A stretch of 64,000 nucleotides of DNA, taken from NCBI GenBank assembly GCA_010093815.1, contig ML996579.1, one strand, 5' to 3'. Position numbers and translations under genes: made by a program. Below, one piece after another: positions 57,712-64,000 of this stretch; the stretch's first letter is position 1; each line of letters opens with the position of its first letter. The notes beneath the pieces are model-generated. The model was not told the origin of the DNA. It saw nothing but the letters and a program-made list of their open reading frames with translations, and searched no databases. Source of the stretch: Pseudovirgaria hyperparasitica (taxonomy: Eukaryota).

Positions 57712-58858
57712 ATGCCACCACCCAACTACCAACACGACACCCTCCCAAACCCAACCCGCCAAGAACTCCTCTCCATCCTCCAGATGATGCTCCCCGTCTT
57801 CGGCGGCACAAGCATCCAGGCCAACGCCGTCTACCCACACGACATCCACGACCTCTCCAGTCCGCAGTACGAGCGCCTGGCCGACCGGCTGCACGGCCTG
57901 TGCACAGCCGATCGCTCGATTGTGTGGTGTCGGGTGCGTGATCTTGCGTGTGGGGGGAGGGTTGTTGGGGCGGCGCAGTGGTGTTTTTATGATGGGGATG
58001 GTATAGGGGAGGGGGGGGATGGAAGTGTGGAGGAGAGGGTGGAGGAGGCAACGGCGAGGCTGTTTGATGGGCCGGAGACGGCGGATGATACGTGGGAGAG
58101 TGCGGGGGAGAAGGCGTGGGCGAGGGCGGTGTATGGGGTGTTTATACGGTCTAGGTGTGAGGTTTTGCGGAGGGAGGCGCGGCCGGTTGTGGGTGAGTTG
58201 GCGTTTGTTGCTGTTGTCGCTGTGTCTCAGGGGCGGCCTACTACTGTCTGTCTGTCTGTCTGTCTGTCTGTGTACTGCAACTTGAGATGCTGGGCGACAG
58301 CTTGCTGATTGTGGAGCATATGCACAGTGCTGGATAAAATGGCCATCACACCGGAGTATCAGCGGAAAGGCGTGGGGAGGATGCTGATGCAATGGGGCAT
58401 GGACAGGGCAGATGAACTCGGGGCGTATGTGAGTACATAGTCCTCCATCATCATCTCACATGGGTCAAGATATATATGCTGATCATATATATATATACAC
58501 ATAGGGCTGCACGGAAGCCAGCACGAACGGAAGACTACTATACGAACGGTTTGGCTTCGTGGACAAGGGGCCTAGGATCTGGGAGGTGCCGGCTGAGTTT
58601 GAGTGGAAGGGCATCAAGAGTGTTCCGCTGGCGTATTTCATGGAGAGGCCGAGGGGGGGGGGGCAAGGTATGAACAAGATGGATAGATCACATTTTGACT
58701 GGTGTTCTTTTCTTTCATGGGTGCTGTATCATGTACTCGATAGAGGTTGTTGTGATTGTTCTTGTTGTTGTCGTATTATTAGCAGCATTCACTTGAGCCG
58801 CATCCATCCCTCTCCCTCTCCCGCGATACAGGGAATCGACGCTACGGGAGCGATCTAA
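57712..58858 (+). CDS. GNAT family N-acetyltransferase
   Basis: VVGAAQW; motif A ITPEYQRKGVGRMLMQWG; EASTNGRLLYERFGF; introns 58193-58327 and 58429-58504. The true end may be 58673 (see the G-run finding). Confidence 0.85.
58244..58271 (+). repeat. (CTGT)7 intronic microsatellite
   Basis: Tandem CTGT within GNAT intron 1. Confidence 0.9.
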
Positions 58859-59826
58859 GCCCCCCACCCCGATCCGTCCTAGCGCATCTATCTCTGGGTC
58901 CGTGCGCATATCCCGGGGCCTTGTCTTGTATATGTCTTGTCCTGCCGAGTGAATTCAAACTGGTAACAAAATTGCGGTGATGTGATGATGACTGACGCCC
59001 GACAACACAACTTACCGGATCATTGCTCGCATCGCGGGATTCCTAATTCCGCCGACGACCACGTTCCATATATCCTCCGATATCTCCGTCCAGTGCCGGA
59101 AGCCATGGCGCCGAGCTTTCGAACCGAGCCCTGCGTATAAATCCACAGCACATCTAACATCGATCGCCCTCTACTGATCAATGCCAATGAATACACTTGC
59201 CACGCTGACAAGGACGCGCAAACATGACGACGATGGATTCACTGCCACGCCCGTCGGGCAGTCGTATGCCAAGCTGCCAAGCCGTTCCGTCAAGGGGCCA
59301 GCAGCCAGCCCTTGAGACTGCTGCGGCAACAGAAAAAGGGGAGATTGACGCCGGGCAAAGCCAATAGCAAGCGCCAACACTTGATCGACTGGCACGCGTT
59401 TTGTCGTGAATGGGGGCGGCGTAGAGCCCGGCTTGCCGCTGTGAACGCCTGCTCTTGTGTGCTAATTCAGGCCTCCAGTCTGGGGAATGATTAGGGAATG
59501 GGGGAATGAAAGGGTGGCTTGCTGCCACTTTTCTTTTGGCGTTGTCGTCTTCTTCATTCTTCTTGTTCTTCGTCTCTCAACTCCTTGCGTTTGTGTGGTA
59601 TATATCGCCATCCCTTTGATGCGTCTGGCGTGGTAAGTGCTTATTGCTCCCGGATGTGGCTTCTCCGAGGCTGAGACGTGCGAATACGAGACTTGTATGC
59701 TGACATTGCTATAGAATATCGCACTCCACACGTCCAGCTCTTTCTTCCATCGCCCTCGATCCCATTGTCTTCTTGCCTCAGTTCTACAATTATTGTCATC
59801 GTTGCGTTGTCTTCCGCCTGGTCACT

Positions 59827-62182
59827 ATGCGCGCGGTTGCGCTCGCATTGACCGCCTTGCAGGCATCCCTTGCTTGGGGTCAGATCACCATTACCAGGGC
59901 ACGGCCGTCGCCGTCAGAAATCCCTCCGAGCGATGAGAACGGTTCGCCAACGAGCATCGCAGTGCCAGAGGAAACCGGGGAACCATGTGCTGCCATCGCA
60001 GATACCGTCACCCGGGCCAATGCCAACAACATCATCGCCATTGACGCCCAAGTTGCATACGATTGTCTCCGATCCGTGCCCGTTCTCCAAACCGATGCCG
60101 AGCAAACAATCGATGGCATCCTGAACATGCTGCAGTTCCAGTCCAACCTGGGCTTTCTCGCAAATCCGCCAGACGATTATTTCAATGATCCCGTGGATCT
60201 GGTTGCTGGAATGGAGGACATCCGGAATCGTCTCGGCAGCGGGGAGTATCAGAATGAATATGATTTTGAGGCTGCCATAGGGAACCTCCTAGGCCGCTCG
60301 TATGACGGACATCTTGCGTATGATGGATACGCTTTTGCAGGCGCTTTCAGATGGCGGCGGGATCCTGATGCTGCACTGATCTCTGCTTCCACGGATGGCA
60401 CAGAGCCACGCATCTATTCGGCCCGCGATGCCAACCAGGCCTCAGCGTCTGAGGTCACCCAGATCGACGGACGGCCCGTCACCGATGTGATCGCTGAAGA
60501 GGCGGCCTACAGCTCCTACCACGACCCGGATGCTCGATGGAACACCATGTTCGTGCTCCAGCCAGCCGAATCAAGTGGATTCTTCGTCAACCCGAGAAAC
60601 TATCCCGGTCCAAGCACGTCCATTAGCTGGGAGAACGGCACAACGACAGAGTACCCGAACGCGGCTATCGTGCAGGACCCGGATTATTGGAGTGACGTCT
60701 TTGATGGACAATCCTTCTACAACACCTTTGTTTCTGTTCGCAGTTTGAGCGGGCGAAGACTACGCGCCCGTTCGGAATCGCCAAGACAACGTGTCCCAAA
60801 GCGCCTCCAGATTCCTCGCGATGCCTCCTTGACCCAGACTCTGTCCCGCGACGGCTCGGTTCCGGAATCGTATCCTGATCCTGTTGTCCAGCATGACGCC
60901 GAGGACGTTCCTCTGGCGGGCTTCTTCATCGATACCGACTCGATGCAAAATGTGGCCGTCCTGATGATGCAGACGTTTGATGCCGAAGACGCAGACCAGT
61001 TCCAAGCTGTGATTCAAGACTTCCTCGCCGAAGCACAGTCCCGTGGCTCGGAGCGTATCATAGTCGACGTCCGAACTAACGGTAAGTCACGGACTCGCAT
61101 CCGTCCGAAAGACAGGATACATTCACTAACGACTCTCCCCAGGCGGAGGTCTAATCTTCCTCGGCTACGAAGCCTACAAACAGTTCTTCCCCGACGTCGA
61201 GCCCTACGGCGGCTCACGGTACCGCTACCACGAAGCCGTCGAGATTCTCGGCTCCTCCATCAGCCAACTCAGCCGGCCCCAAAACCCCTCCCTCTACGCC
61301 TCCCCCTTCAACTACCACGCCTACCTCGACCAAGACCTCAACGCCTTCACCTCCTGGCAAGCCATGTCCGGCCCCACCACCTTCAACAACGACCAATTCA
61401 CCAACATCCTCCGCTACAACCTCTCCGACCCCCTCCTCATCCAATCCGACCGCTTCGGCCTCGGCATCCAGCTCACCGGCTACGGCGACCGCGCAAACTT
61501 CACCACCCCGCCCTTCCCCCCCGACAACATCATCATCCTCTCCGACGGCATCTGCGCCTCCACCTGCGCCATCTTCGTCGAGCTGATGACCCGCCAATCC
61601 GGCGTCCGCACCTTCACCCTCGGCGGCCGGCCCCAGCCCGGGCCCATGCAAGCCGTCGGCGGCACAAAGGGCTCCTCCGTCCTCGACCTGCAGTACCTCC
61701 TCCAGCTCAGCTCCGCCGTCGTCTCCGGCTTCGCCGCCTCGCAGCGCGAGGCCCAGGACTGGTCCGCCGTCTTGCCGCTCGACTTTGGCATCGTGCCTGT
61801 TGACGCGAGCGTCAATTTTCATGATTCTATTAGGCTGGGGACTGAGGGCAGTGGCGTGCCGACGCAGTTTATTAATGATACGAGTAGTTGTCGCTTGTTT
61901 TATACGCCGGCTATGTATTTCGATGTTCGGGAGGTGTGGGGTGCGGTTGCGGATGCGGTTTGGGGGGGGAGTGGGGGGGGCTTGGATGCTGGTAGGTGTG
62001 TTGGTGGGAGTGATACGGATGAGAGGGCGCAGGTTGGGGCGAATCCGAATGGTGGTGGTGCTGGGGACGGAGGGGATGGAGGTGCTGCGGGGGAGAATGC
62101 GGCGGCGGTGGGTGTGGGACCGAGAGGTTGGGTGGTTGCGGTTGGGGTGCTGCTTGCTTCGGGGGTTGGGTTGGTGGGATAG
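59827..62182 (+). CDS. Secreted peptidase S41 family protein (CPAF-like), probably GPI-anchored
   Basis: Signal peptide MRAVALALTALQASLAWG; AYDCLRSVP, DGHL, IVDVRTNGGG, SDGICASTCAIF, GGRP..MQAVGGTKG; intron 61082-61142; hydrophobic C-terminus. Confidence 0.9.
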
Positions 62183-62473
62183 AGAGGGGGATGAAGGGAG
62201 AGAATAGGGGGTTGCATTTGTTGGGTGCGTGCATATTTGCTGGATTCTCGCTGGGCTTTGTTACGGAAGTAGAGGCATGCATTGAGATGGCGTTGTGCGT
62301 TCGTTTAGGGGGTGTGTATGTTTGTATGTAGGTATGTATGTGTCTGTATGTATGTATATTTACATGTCCATGTACACTCGAGGAAGCTCGATCGATCAGA
62401 ATATCTATATATACGTATACATATACACTCAACACCGCCGTCTTCCGCTCACTACCTCCCTACTCCCTACTCT

Positions 62474-63630
62474 CTACGCCCCCTTCGCGTCTGGCGGACA
62501 CAGCAGCTCCCTCCCATGCTTCTCATTCCACGCCTCCGTGCTCTCGAGCATAGCCCACCGCACGCCATCCAGCCCACACGGCAACACGACCGAACACGCC
62601 AGAATCGGAGGCGCATGATACCTGCCCCCGCGCAACTCATTCTGCATCGCCGCAACCTCACCCTGCACCTCCTCCATCCGCGCCCTCACGCGCTGCACAT
62701 CCCTCTCCCTCTCCCTTTCCCTCCCCTCCACCCCCCTATTCTTCCTCCCCTCCTCCCCCCACTCCCCCCCAACAATCCGATCAACCTTACTCAACACCAG
62801 CGTAAACGCCAACCCACCCCTCACCAGAATCTCCAAAACCCGCCTATCCCCGCCCTGCACCCCGACCTCCGCATCAATCAACAGGAACCGCATGCCCAAC
62901 TGCTCGCGCCGCTGCAGATATTTCACAATCTCCACGCCCCACTCCGCGCGACTGCCGTAGCCGTAGCCGGGCATGTCGACGAGGACCATGGCGCGTTTGC
63001 CGAACCAGGTGCGTTGGCGGGCGTTGTATGCTGCGCCGCCGAGGCCGATGGCGTTCATGCTGGTTGTGTGGCCGGGGGTTTTGCTGACGCTGGCGGGGCG
63101 GCGCGGGTTGGGCGTTGTTGGGGGGATGTGCAGGAGGGCGTTGAGGAGGGAGGATTTGCCGGCGTTGGAGCGGCCGAGGAGGGTTGTCTCGGGGAGTTCG
63201 GAGACGGGGAAGTGGGCGAATTTGGAGAGGGGGGAGAGGCGGGNNNNNNNNNNNNNNNNNNNNNNNNNNNNNNNNNNNNNNNNNNNNNNNNNNNNNNNNN
63301 GTTTGCGTAGTGGAGGGCGGTTGGGCTTGGGGGGTTGTTGTGTGGGTAGAGGCCTAGGGCGGATTGGGGGAGTGCTGGGTTGGAGGGGGGTTTGGGGATG
63401 GGTTTGGTTGCTGTTGTTGTTGTTGTGGTTTTGGATCTTGTGGATTGTGGGCGGGAGGGTTGTGTCGAGGGGGTGTGGTGGTCGAGGTGGAGGTGTCGGG
63501 TTGGTGGTGATGAGGACGACGAGATGCTCAGGGAGGACGAAGTGGTGGTGAATGGCCACGAGTGCGCCGACGGTCGAGGATTGCTGTGGAGTGCGACATC
63601 GAGGAAGCGCGTCGCCGCACGATGCGACAT
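62474..63630 (-). CDS. EngB/YihA family GTP-binding protein, probably mitochondrial; spans the assembly gap
   Basis: G1 GRSNAGKS, G2 SKTPGHT, G3 DMPGYG and G4 SKVD; presequence-like MSHRAATRFL upstream of the gap. Confidence 0.85.
63244..63300. other. Assembly gap (57 N)
   Basis: Run of N. Confidence 1.
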
Positions 63631-64000
63631 TCCAGAGTGTAGAAAAGTCGAAGAACGAGGTTTGGCGTCGCGGGCGGGAGAAGTGAAAGATATAAATATT
63701 ATATTTCCTACCTGAGATGGATAGCGCCGCGCTCCCACGTGCTGACGTGATCTACGGAGCCACCAACTTTGCGGCGAACCCCATCGACACCCCCGACGCT
63801 CCATCAACAACAACACATCATCACTCACACTCGATACAACTCCCCGTCTGACAATGGCATCGGCACACTCCCCGCAACTACGATCTCTCTACAGACGCCT
63901 CCTGCGCGAACTCCCCACGAAAGCCAGCCCCTCAAACACCATCCTCTCACATCCATCCCCGATCCAACAACGGATACGGTCTACATTCGCAGCACGCTCC

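Noticed and set aside
59773..61803. 676-aa ORF with an Arg/Pro/His-rich tail
   Set aside because: The tail is read-through of intron 61082-61142 into the wrong frame; the spliced product is the S41 peptidase.
28581..63551. Many 100-300 aa antisense or alternative-frame ORFs overlapping real genes
   Set aside because: Shadow ORFs expected from GC-rich, strongly skewed codon usage; they translate to low-complexity sequence without motifs.
63055..63828. Apparent frameshift in the EngB gene
   Set aside because: The frame change coincides with the N gap, whose length is only an estimate.

Overview
Eukaryotic DNA from a filamentous ascomycete (Pezizomycotina; Dothideomycete-like by inference), with short 45-135 nt spliceosomal introns carrying CTRAC branch sites. 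I can support about 26 protein-coding genes, mostly housekeeping: a BRCT-less ATP-dependent DNA ligase, a DUF1295 protein, MCM5, a secreted GPI-type protein, a GST, DLD2, PRE6, a CHY zinc finger, an inositol 5-phosphatase, a GFA-domain protein, a chromo+HDA2/3 protein, MnSOD, a Nudix hydrolase, SidL-like, AIM6-like, RraA-like, QCR6, a FLVCR-type MFS transporter, TFIP11, a GNAT, an S41 peptidase and an EngB GTPase. No rRNA, tRNA, CRISPR or intact transposon was recognised. The most unusual part is an ~8.5 kb gene-poor island (42.3-51.0 kb) containing one intronless, CpG-depleted three-finger C2H2 gene. Its putative 3' region carries three tandem hairpins with conserved arms and a compensatorily substituted inner stem, followed by five clustered UGCAU motifs. 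From ~28.5 kb onward the window also shows repeated sharp switches from C/A-rich to G/T-rich sequence on the top strand, independent of gene orientation. There is one assembly gap (63244-63300). All calls come from reading the sequence by hand; no database searches were run.
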